A DNA stretch of 64,000 bases from an uncultured Bacilli bacterium (GTDB taxonomy: Bacteria; Bacillota_I; Bacilli_A; RF39; UBA660). The stretch is from assembly GCA_947586825.1 (NCBI GenBank), contig CANPXU010000003.1, positions 10,394 through 74,393 on the forward strand, written 5' to 3'. Shown here piece after piece: positions 18,237-26,383 of this stretch. The stretch's first letter is position 1, and each line of letters starts with the position of its first letter. Below the pieces are notes generated by a model that ran no database searches, was not told the origin of the DNA, and saw only the letters and a program-made list of their open reading frames with translations. A program made the position numbers and the translations under genes.

Positions 18237-19302
18237 AATAATGATGGTCATTTTAGTAATGTTCTTGTTTCTTACTACAGGATGTGGCTCAAGCAAATAC
18301 CTTGTAGATAAAGATGGAAAACAAATATTAACAGAAAATACTAAGCAAACCTTAAGAACAGATATTTTTTGTAAGCCAAGCGAAGGAACTGAGGCTTATA
18401 AGTTATATGAAGAACATCAAGATCAAATGAAATTTAAGTTAGATAAGTTACCAGAATGTTCAAAATTTACAATAACATCTACTAAAAATACAAGCTTATG
18501 GGAAACGGTTTTTGTTAAACCTTTAGCTTTCTTAATATTAAAGTTAGGAAATGTCTTTAAAGGCTGGGGGATGACAAAAGCTTACTTAGGTTTATCCCTT
18601 ATTATAATAGGTTTGTTAATAAGGTTAATCATTTTACCATTTAATATTAAAACGCAAAAGCAATCTCGAAGAATGCAAGAGGCAATGCCTAAACTTCAAA
18701 GAATTGAGAGAAAATATGCTGGTAGAACTGATCAAGAATCGACAATGTTGAAAGCTCAAGAGACAATGGCAGTATATCAAGAATTAAAGGTTAATCCATT
18801 ATCTAGCTGTTTGATTTCTTTAATTCAATTGCCTGTGTTCTTTGCTTTCTTATCTGCTATATATAAAATACCGACATTATATGAAGGTGAAATATTTAGT
18901 TGGAATCTAGGAATGACACCACAAGGTGGAGTAGCCGCAGGAAATTATACTTACCTTATATTAGTAGCATTAATCGTTCTTACAACTTATGTTTCATTTA
19001 AGTTCACAATGAGACAAAGTGCGAGCATGAGTACAACTCCTGATGCCGGTAAGCAAATGAACTTTATGCTATACTTTATGACTATATTTATAGGCTTTTC
19101 ATCATACTTCTTACCAACAGCTATCGCTTTATACTGGGTAGCAACTTATGCCTTTATCATAGTTCAAACTTATGTTACTAACTTAATACTTAATAAGGAT
19201 AAAAAAGGGTCTAAATCTAAAAAAACATTAGATAAAGAAACGAAGAAAATTAAGGATAAGATAAAAGAGAAAGAAGGAATGAAGTATGGAAAGAATAAGT
19301 AA
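18226..19302 (+). CDS. yidC: Membrane insertase YidC/SpoIIIJ family lipoprotein
   Basis: Lipobox LTTGC, a multi-TM Oxa1 core and a Lys-rich C-terminal tail. rnpA-yidC-jag synteny. Confidence 0.9.
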   Translation: MKNKIMMVILVMFLFLTTGCGSSKYLVDKDGKQILTENTKQTLRTDIFCKPSEGTEAYKLYEEHQDQMKFKLDKLPECSKFTITSTKNTSLWETVFVKPLAFLILKLGNVFKGWGMTKAYLGLSLIIIGLLIRLIILPFNIKTQKQSRRMQEAMPKLQRIERKYAGRTDQESTMLKAQETMAVYQELKVNPLSSCLISLIQLPVFFAFLSAIYKIPTLYEGEIFSWNLGMTPQGGVAAGNYTYLILVALIVLTTYVSFKFTMRQSASMSTTPDAGKQMNFMLYFMTIFIGFSSYFLPTAIALYWVATYAFIIVQTYVTNLILNKDKKGSKSKKTLDKETKKIKDKIKEKEGMKYGKNK

Positions 19303-19897
19303 GGTAGGGAAGACATTTGATGATGCTTTAGAGGCATTACTTGAAGAAAATAATCTAACTAAAGAAGATATTATTTATAAATCCGGCGAAACTAAAAAAG
19401 CCTTATTTAAGGGAGAAACTACTGAAGTAATAGCTTATAAAAAAGAAGATATTTATTCCTTTATTAAAGATTATCTTAAAGAAGTAATTAATAACTTAGG
19501 TTTAGAGGTTACTTTTGAAGTAAAAAATCAAGGTGATAGAACAGTTATTAAAATGTATTCTGACAATAACAATATTCTAATCGGTCGTAATGGTAATACA
19601 TTAAAGGCATTAGAAACAATTGTTAAACATAAGATTCAACTTGAAACAGGTATTTATTTTTCTGTAGCTTTAGATGTTGAGAATTATAAGGATAAAAAAG
19701 TTGCTATTCTTGAGAGAGTTGCTAAACAAACAGCAAGAGATGTAAGAAGAACAAAAATGGCTGCGGCTATGGAAGATATGAATCCTTATGAAAGAAGAAT
19801 TGTTCACAATGTGTTAACAAACTTTAAGGGAGTTACAACCAAAAGTGAGGGTGAAGATCCTCATAGACACGTTGTTATAAGTCCAACAGAAGAGTAG
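19286..19897 (+). CDS. jag: Jag/KhpB RNA-binding protein (KH + R3H)
   Basis: 203 aa. The R3H segment is PYERRIVHNVL. Located downstream of yidC. Confidence 0.88.
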   Translation: MERISKVGKTFDDALEALLEENNLTKEDIIYKSGETKKALFKGETTEVIAYKKEDIYSFIKDYLKEVINNLGLEVTFEVKNQGDRTVIKMYSDNNNILIGRNGNTLKALETIVKHKIQLETGIYFSVALDVENYKDKKVAILERVAKQTARDVRRTKMAAAMEDMNPYERRIVHNVLTNFKGVTTKSEGEDPHRHVVISPTEE

Positions 19898-19951
19898 AAA
19901 TACTCTTTTTTTGTGCAAGAAAAAAGCTATAAAAATATAGCTTAATATAGC

Positions 19952-20656
19952 TTATTTTTCCATTTCGGAAAAATCTTTTACTGTTTTTGGATCAGGTTCT
20001 TTTAAGAAAATAATCTTTTGAACTTTAGAGGAAGAATTACCAGCTTCATCAACAACAGTATATTGAATCCAGTATTGCGGAATATCGCTATCTACAGGAT
20101 CTTCCTCATAGAATACTTCGTGAGATACTTGACAATATTTTTGCTTAGGATTCTTTTCTTTGGCTTTTTTATAGTTCTTTTTGGCTATTAATTCACAGTT
20201 AGAGTCATCTTTTACCGTTAAATGATCATAGTTAATAGAGCTTAAATCCTCGAAATTTATCTCATTGGTTTCAAATGATATTTTAGGATTTCCATAGTCA
20301 GCTTCATAGTCTTCTTCACCTTCGCCTTCAGGGTTATTCATTTCTTTAACATAGCGATTATTTCGGCCTGTAGCTATCCAACCATAGTTACCATTTTGGA
20401 GTTTTATATAGTACCAAACATATCTATTATCCTTTAAATCAATATCTAAAACGTTATATATTTGACCTTTTCTTACTTCACCAACTTTATTACTATATAA
20501 TGATGCTTCCTCTCGGACATTGATTTCATCAATTAGAATTTCTATTTTGAAAGCCCGTGAATCTTGCCATTTTTTATAACCAAAGTATCCACCAACGCCA
20601 AGAATAGCCACTAATAAAATGATTAAAAACCAAGGTATTTTCTTTTTCTTCTTCAT
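19952..20656 (-). CDS. Membrane-anchored protein with an SH3b-like domain and a C-terminal Ig-like (DUF5011-like) region
   Basis: The start is moved to the ATG at 20656 (MKKKKKIPWFLIILLVAILG, AAGGTG RBS). The SH3b pattern is GQIYNVLD...RYVWYYIKLQNGNYGWI. The C-terminal YTVVDEAGNSSSKVQKIIF resembles Ig-like DUF5011 ends. Confidence 0.5.
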   Translation of the reverse strand: MKKKKKIPWFLIILLVAILGVGGYFGYKKWQDSRAFKIEILIDEINVREEASLYSNKVGEVRKGQIYNVLDIDLKDNRYVWYYIKLQNGNYGWIATGRNNRYVKEMNNPEGEGEEDYEADYGNPKISFETNEINFEDLSSINYDHLTVKDDSNCELIAKKNYKKAKEKNPKQKYCQVSHEVFYEEDPVDSDIPQYWIQYTVVDEAGNSSSKVQKIIFLKEPDPKTVKDFSEMEK

Positions 20657-20736
20657 ATGCACCTTACTACTTTTTACAAGAAGAATTATATCATAGGATA
20701 TATGAAAATACAAATGTAGAAAATTTGGCATATGTA

Positions 20737-20745
20737 TGCTATAAT
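20737..20745 (+). promoter_or_regulatory. Extended -10 promoter element TGCTATAAT upstream of mnmE
   Basis: TATGCTATAAT lies 23 nt upstream of the preferred mnmE start. The same 11-mer occurs at 28469, 46913 and 55445. Confidence 0.5.
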
Positions 20746-20767
20746 CTTACACGAAGAAGGGCAGTTT

Positions 20768-22111
20768 ATGGAGGATACTATATGTGCTATTTCCACCTCT
20801 TTAGGAGTTGGAGCAATATCTATTGTTAGAGTAACTGGGCCAGAAACGCTTAATATTGTAAGTGAAATTTTTTCTAGTGATATAAAATCTTCAGAATCTC
20901 ACATTATTAAATATGGTCATATTGTGGATAATGGCGAAGTAATAGATGAAGTATTATTAATGATTATGAAAGCTCCTAAAACATATACCAAAGAAGATAT
21001 AATAGAAATAAACTGTCATGGAGGAATAAATACCACCAATAAGATATTAGAGGTTTTATTAAAACATGGTTGCCGTTTAGCAGAGCCTGGAGAGTTTACT
21101 AAAAGAGCTTATTTAAATGGCCGTATAAATCTTTTGGAAGCTGAAGCTGTTGGCGAATTAATTAAGGCAAAAAGTGACTCTAAAAGAAAACTATCTTTAA
21201 ATCAAATTGGTGGAAATTTAACAAAGAAGATTACAGGCATTAGAGAAATACTAGTATCTCTAATGGCTAATATTGAAGTAAATATCGATTATCCTGAATA
21301 TACCGACAATTTGGTTATTACTGAAGGTTTACTAAAAGAAAAACTATCCGTTATTTCTCGTGAATTAGCTTCATTAGTAAAAGGTGCTAAATATGGCAAA
21401 ATAGTTAATAATGGCATTAATGTAGCAATTGTAGGTAAACCTAATGTTGGCAAAAGTAGTATTTTAAATCATTTACTTGATGAGCAAAAGGCTATTGTTA
21501 CTGATATCGCCGGAACTACTAGAGATATTATTGAAGGAACTATCTCTTTAAATGGTATTGAAGTTAACTTAATAGATACGGCGGGTATTCATGAAACCAA
21601 GGATTTAGTAGAAAGTTTAGGAGTTCAAAAAAGCCTTGAAAGTATTGAAAATGCTGATGTAGTTTTATTAGTTCTTGATGGATCTAGAGCTATAGATGAT
21701 GAAGATAAAGATCTCTTAAATAAAGTACCAAAAGATAAGACGATTATTTTTATAAATAAAAGCGATAGTTTAATACATCAAGATATAGATACTGATTTAC
21801 CTTTAGTATATGGCAATACTAAGGAAGTAGAGGGACTTGATAAACTCAAGGATAAACTTATAGAATATTTTGATATAAATAGCATTAATAAAGACCTAAC
21901 TTATTTATCTAATGCTAGACAAACTGATTTAGTAAATAAAGCAAATAATGCCTTACAAGAGGGCCTAAATAACCTTGAAAAGGGCATTCCAATTGATATG
22001 ATAGAAAGTAATCTAAAAGATTGTTTTGATTATCTAGGCCAAATAATAGGCGATACTTATGATGAGGCTGTTATTGATAGATTATTTCAAGATTTTTGCG
22101 TAGGAAAGTAG
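20768..22111 (+). CDS. mnmE: tRNA modification GTPase MnmE
   Basis: G-domain motifs GKPNVGKSS and DTAG, with a C-terminal FCVGK. The start is moved to the ATG at 20768 (MEDTICAISTS). Confidence 0.95.
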   Translation: MEDTICAISTSLGVGAISIVRVTGPETLNIVSEIFSSDIKSSESHIIKYGHIVDNGEVIDEVLLMIMKAPKTYTKEDIIEINCHGGINTTNKILEVLLKHGCRLAEPGEFTKRAYLNGRINLLEAEAVGELIKAKSDSKRKLSLNQIGGNLTKKITGIREILVSLMANIEVNIDYPEYTDNLVITEGLLKEKLSVISRELASLVKGAKYGKIVNNGINVAIVGKPNVGKSSILNHLLDEQKAIVTDIAGTTRDIIEGTISLNGIEVNLIDTAGIHETKDLVESLGVQKSLESIENADVVLLVLDGSRAIDDEDKDLLNKVPKDKTIIFINKSDSLIHQDIDTDLPLVYGNTKEVEGLDKLKDKLIEYFDINSINKDLTYLSNARQTDLVNKANNALQEGLNNLEKGIPIDMIESNLKDCFDYLGQIIGDTYDEAVIDRLFQDFCVGK

Positions 22112-22122
22112 AGTGGGTGAGT

Positions 22123-23997
22123 ATGAAATACGATATCATAGTAGTAGGGGCAGGCCATGCGGGATGTGAAGCTGCTCATATAAGTGCCTTTATGGGCCAT
22201 AAAACACTATTAATAACTTCAAATATAAATAATCTTGCTGATATGCCTTGTAATCCTTCTATCGGAGGTAGTGCTAAGGGAATTATCGTAAGGGAAATCG
22301 ATGCTTTAGGCGGTCTTATGGGAAAAGTCGCCGATCGTTCACATTTTCAAATAAAGATGCTTAATAACTCTAAAGGCCCTGCGGTTAGATCGCTTAGAGC
22401 CCAAGCTGATAAAAGAGTTTACCCTAAAGTAATGCGTAAATACCTAGATGAAACACCGAACCTTGAGATAAAAGAAGGCATGGTAGAAAACCTTATAATC
22501 GATGCTGGTAAAATAAAGGGTATTATTCTTGAAGATGGCACCAAGATAAGTAGTGATGCTGTAATTTTAACAACGGGAACTTATTTAAATGCTAATATAT
22601 TGATAGGTAGTGAGAATACTCCAAGTGGACCTCATGGGGAGAAAAGAAGTAATAACTTATCTTTTAAACTTAAGGAACTAGGCTTTAATATTAAAAGATT
22701 AAAAACAGGAACACCCCAAAGAATTAAGGCAGATAGTATAGATTTTGCTAAGTTAAAACCTGAGCTTGGTGATGATACTTATTGGACTTTTTCTTTTGAT
22801 AATGGCCCTTTATATGATAAAAATGAACAACAAAAGTGTTATTTAGTTTATACAAATGAAAAGACTCATCAAATAATTAGAGACAATCTTAAGAAAAGTG
22901 CAATGTATGGTGGATATGCTACAGGAGTAGGACCAAGATATTGTCCTTCCATCGAGGATAAAATAGTTAGATTTGCCGATAAAGAAAGACATCAATTATT
23001 CTTAGAACCAGAAAGTATCTATTATGATGAGTGGTACTTACAAGGCTTTTCAACATCAATGCCAAGAGATGTTCAAGAAGAAATGGTGCATTCTTTGGAA
23101 GGCTTAGAACATGCCGTAATAGAAAAATATGCTTATGCTATTGAGTATGATGCGATAGATCCTTTGCAAATTAAACCATCACTTGAATCTAAAATCGTAG
23201 AAAATTTATTTACGGCAGGCCAAATAAATGGTACGTCAGGTTATGAAGAGGCTGCTGGTCAAGGCTTAATCGCAGGTATTAATGCTTCTCTAAAACTAGA
23301 TAATAAAGAACCATTAATATTAAAAAGATCTGATGCTTATATTGGCGTTTTAATTGATGATTTAGTTATCAAGGGTATTACTGATCCATATCGTATGCTT
23401 ACTTCAAGAGCAGAATTTAGGCTTTTACTTCGCCATGATAATGCGGATATTAGACTTACACCCCTTGCTTATGAAAAAGGTGCTGTAACTGAAGAAAAAT
23501 ATCAAAGATTAAGAAACAAATTAGATAATATCGAGAAGTTAAAGAATCTATTAAAAGAAAGCCATTTAAAGCTAACAAACGAAGTAATTGATGTATTAAA
23601 AGAAAATAATATATCTGTTCCTGCAGGTAATTATAGTTATGCGATATTATTAAAACGCCCAGAATTTACAATGGATTTAATTCAAAAATTTATTGATTTA
23701 AATGATTTTGATGAAGACGTAAAAAATCAAGTAGAAATAGAGTATAAGTATGAAGGTTATATTCAAAATGCTATGAAAGAAAAACTAAAGCTTGAAAAGA
23801 TGGAAGAAAAGAAAATACCAAGTGATATAGACTATAGCAAAGTCCAAAACATGGCTAGTGAAGCTAAGCAAAAGCTTAGCTTAGTAAAACCACTTACTAT
23901 TGCCCAAGCCTCCCGTATCAGTGGTGTTAATCCAACCGATATTAATATCTTGCTAATATATTTAAAAAAAGAGTATGGTAAAAATGAAGATAGATGA
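22123..23997 (+). CDS. mnmG: tRNA uridine 5-carboxymethylaminomethyl modification enzyme MnmG
   Basis: FAD motif VVGAGHAGCEA. About 625 aa. The start is moved to the ATG at 22123. Confidence 0.95.
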   Translation: MKYDIIVVGAGHAGCEAAHISAFMGHKTLLITSNINNLADMPCNPSIGGSAKGIIVREIDALGGLMGKVADRSHFQIKMLNNSKGPAVRSLRAQADKRVYPKVMRKYLDETPNLEIKEGMVENLIIDAGKIKGIILEDGTKISSDAVILTTGTYLNANILIGSENTPSGPHGEKRSNNLSFKLKELGFNIKRLKTGTPQRIKADSIDFAKLKPELGDDTYWTFSFDNGPLYDKNEQQKCYLVYTNEKTHQIIRDNLKKSAMYGGYATGVGPRYCPSIEDKIVRFADKERHQLFLEPESIYYDEWYLQGFSTSMPRDVQEEMVHSLEGLEHAVIEKYAYAIEYDAIDPLQIKPSLESKIVENLFTAGQINGTSGYEEAAGQGLIAGINASLKLDNKEPLILKRSDAYIGVLIDDLVIKGITDPYRMLTSRAEFRLLLRHDNADIRLTPLAYEKGAVTEEKYQRLRNKLDNIEKLKNLLKESHLKLTNEVIDVLKENNISVPAGNYSYAILLKRPEFTMDLIQKFIDLNDFDEDVKNQVEIEYKYEGYIQNAMKEKLKLEKMEEKKIPSDIDYSKVQNMASEAKQKLSLVKPLTIAQASRISGVNPTDINILLIYLKKEYGKNEDR

Positions 23998-24688
23998 ATT
24001 TAGAAAAAAAGTCCAAGAACTTGGCGTAAATATAACAAAGCAACAAGAAGATATGCTAGAAAAATATTATGATCATTTAAAAGAATATAATGAGCATACT
24101 AATCTAACAGCAATTACGGAAAAAGAGGATGTTTATTTAAAACACTTTTATGATAGTCTTACAGTTGTTAAAGCTATCAAGCTTGATAATCAGTCTTTAA
24201 TTGATGTTGGAACCGGTGCAGGCTTTCCAGGTCTTGTTTTAAAAATAATGTTTCCCAATCTTAAAATAACTCTACTTGATAGTAACAACAAAAAAACAGC
24301 ATTTCTTCGGGAAATGATTGCGACGTTAAATTTACAAGACATAGAAGTAGTAAATTCCCGGGCAGAAGACTATGCAAAGCAAAATTTTGGGAAATATGAC
24401 ATATGTGTATCAAGAGCAGTAGCTTTTATTGATATCATAAGTTCTTTAACTCTTCCTTTAATAAAAGAGGATGGGGTAGTGGTTCTTATGAAAGGTAATT
24501 TTATAAATGAACAAAAAGTATTAGATGAACATCAAAAAGATTTAGGAATAAAAAAATATAACATAGTTAGTTTTACACTGCCAAACCTAGAAGATGAACG
24601 AAATCTAGTGGTTTTGAAAAGAGAAAAAGATATTAAAATACTTGAATATAATTCTATTGCCAAAAGACATAAAAAATGGAGCTTATAA
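23975..24688 (+). CDS. rsmG: 16S rRNA m7G527 methyltransferase RsmG
   Basis: SAM motif DVGTGAGFPG. mnmG-rsmG synteny. The start could instead be 23984. Confidence 0.93.
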   Translation: MVKMKIDEFRKKVQELGVNITKQQEDMLEKYYDHLKEYNEHTNLTAITEKEDVYLKHFYDSLTVVKAIKLDNQSLIDVGTGAGFPGLVLKIMFPNLKITLLDSNNKKTAFLREMIATLNLQDIEVVNSRAEDYAKQNFGKYDICVSRAVAFIDIISSLTLPLIKEDGVVVLMKGNFINEQKVLDEHQKDLGIKKYNIVSFTLPNLEDERNLVVLKREKDIKILEYNSIAKRHKKWSL

Positions 24689-24698
24689 TAACGTGATT

Positions 24699-24726
24699 TT
24701 TTCCCGGGAAATATTCCGGGTTTTTT
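24699..24726. terminator. rsmG terminator hairpin (CCCGGGA-AATA-TTCCGGG + T6) whose 5' arm forms an NBS-like palindrome TTTTCCCGGGAAAT
   Basis: The stem-loop spans 24703-24720 and is followed by TTTTTT. Positions 24699-24712 match 13 of 14 positions of ATTTCCCGGGAAAT. Split half-sites ATTTCCC (24727) and GGGAAAT (24750) follow. Confidence 0.6.
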
Positions 24727-24829
24727 ATTTCCCACCCAAAATTTCTTATGGGAAATGACATAATTTAATTGCAAAATGTATAATTTTAAGTTATTATAAA
24801 TATGATAGTAGAAAAAGGGGCTCGAAGTA

Positions 24830-26362
24830 ATGAATTTTGATTCTAGTGTTTTACAAGTTGCTGTCGAAGATATAATACCCAATCGTTTTCAACCACGATT
24901 GGTTTTTGAGGATAATTCTTTACAAGAGCTATCTGATTCAATAAAACAGCATGGTATTATTCAACCACTTGTTCTTAGAAAAGTCGGAGATAAATACGAG
25001 ATTATTGCTGGTGAAAGAAGATATAAAGCGGCTACTATGGCGGGATTAGCTTCCGTTCCTGCCGTTATATCTCAAGCTGATGATAAAACAAGTGCGGAGG
25101 CTGCAGTCGTGGAAAATGTTCAAAGAAAAGATTTATCTGCTATAGAGGAAGCTAGATCATACAAAGCTTTATTAGATCAAGGCTATATGTCTCAAGATCA
25201 ATTAGCTAGAAAAATGGGGTTATCTCAAAGTGCTATATCTAATAAGCTTAGACTTTTAACTTTACCTGAAGAAATTCAACAAGCCGTTATGGAAAGTAGA
25301 ATTTCTGAAAGACACGCTAGAAGTTTACTAAAAATTAAAGATACTGATGAGCAATTATCTCTTATGAATAGGGTAATTAAAGAAAGATTAACAGTAAGAC
25401 AACTTGACGATATTATTAAAGAAGCTCATCCAAATGGAGTTCAAAATATTAATATTGAAGAAGTAAGAGAAAAATCAGAAGATATAAAAACTCCTGAAGT
25501 TGAAGCTCCAATTGAAGAAGTAAAAGAGCCAGATCCATTTACAAAAGGAGCTATTAACTTAGGTCAAAGACAACAAAATAGATTCTTTAACACCTTAGAA
25601 GCTGAGGCTGCTAATATGCAAATGACGGAAGCTATAAACCCTTTTGATGGTTTTGAAAATAATGATTCTCCTTTTGCAAATACTACTAGTGTTGATACCC
25701 AAGTTAATAAAGCTGAAAAAATTGAAGAACAAAAAAATATTCAATTTTCTTCCACATCAGAACAAGTTTTGGGTGGACCTGTTGAGGTTAAGGATGTTCC
25801 AGATAAAGAGGATGATACAAGTAGTGATAATGCATCAGGCTCAGCAATGGATTTAACACCTGCTCAACTTTCGAGCGAACCTCAAGATATATATTCTAAA
25901 GATAATATGATTAATGCTGGTGTAAGTGCAACAGATATACCAAGAATAGATAATAATGTGCCCATAAAACCAAAGAGTGATCCTGTAAATTCATTCTCAG
26001 CTATCTTTAAGGGAGCAACGCCATCTGATGATACTGATGATTCACCAGTACCAAGTAGTAAGGAGCCAGAAGTTGTGAATAATAATGATACTATATTCCA
26101 AGAACCTCAAGGAATGGAGAAAGTAGAACCTACAGATTTAATTGTTGAACCTCAAGCTCCTAAGGCACCAGATGAAGAAATAGAAATGTTAGATACTTTA
26201 GATTTTGAACCACCCAAGAAAGAGGTTGATGTTACACCAGCGTTAGATAAGATTAATTCAGTAATAAGTGAGTTAAAGAGTCAAAACCTTCCAATAGATT
26301 TTGTTAAAACTGATTTGGTAGATCAAGTAACATTTACCATAACCATAAAAAAAGAAATATAA
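24830..26362 (+). CDS. noc: ParB-family protein, Noc-like, with a long disordered insert
   Basis: The ParB N-domain has IIPNRFQPR and GERRYKAA. The HTH region is SQSAISNKLRLLTLP...ISERHARSL, and the C-terminus is QVTFTITIKKEI. From memory these resemble B. subtilis Noc (IVPNRFQPR; GQSTIANKLRLLKLP; ITERHARAL; QLTIRIPK) more than Spo0J. It lies directly after rsmG, as noc does. Confidence 0.7.
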   Translation: MNFDSSVLQVAVEDIIPNRFQPRLVFEDNSLQELSDSIKQHGIIQPLVLRKVGDKYEIIAGERRYKAATMAGLASVPAVISQADDKTSAEAAVVENVQRKDLSAIEEARSYKALLDQGYMSQDQLARKMGLSQSAISNKLRLLTLPEEIQQAVMESRISERHARSLLKIKDTDEQLSLMNRVIKERLTVRQLDDIIKEAHPNGVQNINIEEVREKSEDIKTPEVEAPIEEVKEPDPFTKGAINLGQRQQNRFFNTLEAEAANMQMTEAINPFDGFENNDSPFANTTSVDTQVNKAEKIEEQKNIQFSSTSEQVLGGPVEVKDVPDKEDDTSSDNASGSAMDLTPAQLSSEPQDIYSKDNMINAGVSATDIPRIDNNVPIKPKSDPVNSFSAIFKGATPSDDTDDSPVPSSKEPEVVNNNDTIFQEPQGMEKVEPTDLIVEPQAPKAPDEEIEMLDTLDFEPPKKEVDVTPALDKINSVISELKSQNLPIDFVKTDLVDQVTFTITIKKEI

Positions 26363-26383
26363 AAAAGTCTCATCACGAGGCTT
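26363..26383. terminator. Shared hairpin between the convergent noc-like and PBP genes
   Basis: AGTCTC-ATCAC-GAGGCT, flanked by an A-run and a T-run. Confidence 0.45.

Noticed and set aside
24532-24882. 116-aa minus-strand ORF spanning the rsmG 3' end and the noc upstream region
   Set aside because: It lies antisense to rsmG and crosses a terminator hairpin. There is no RBS and no recognisable motif.
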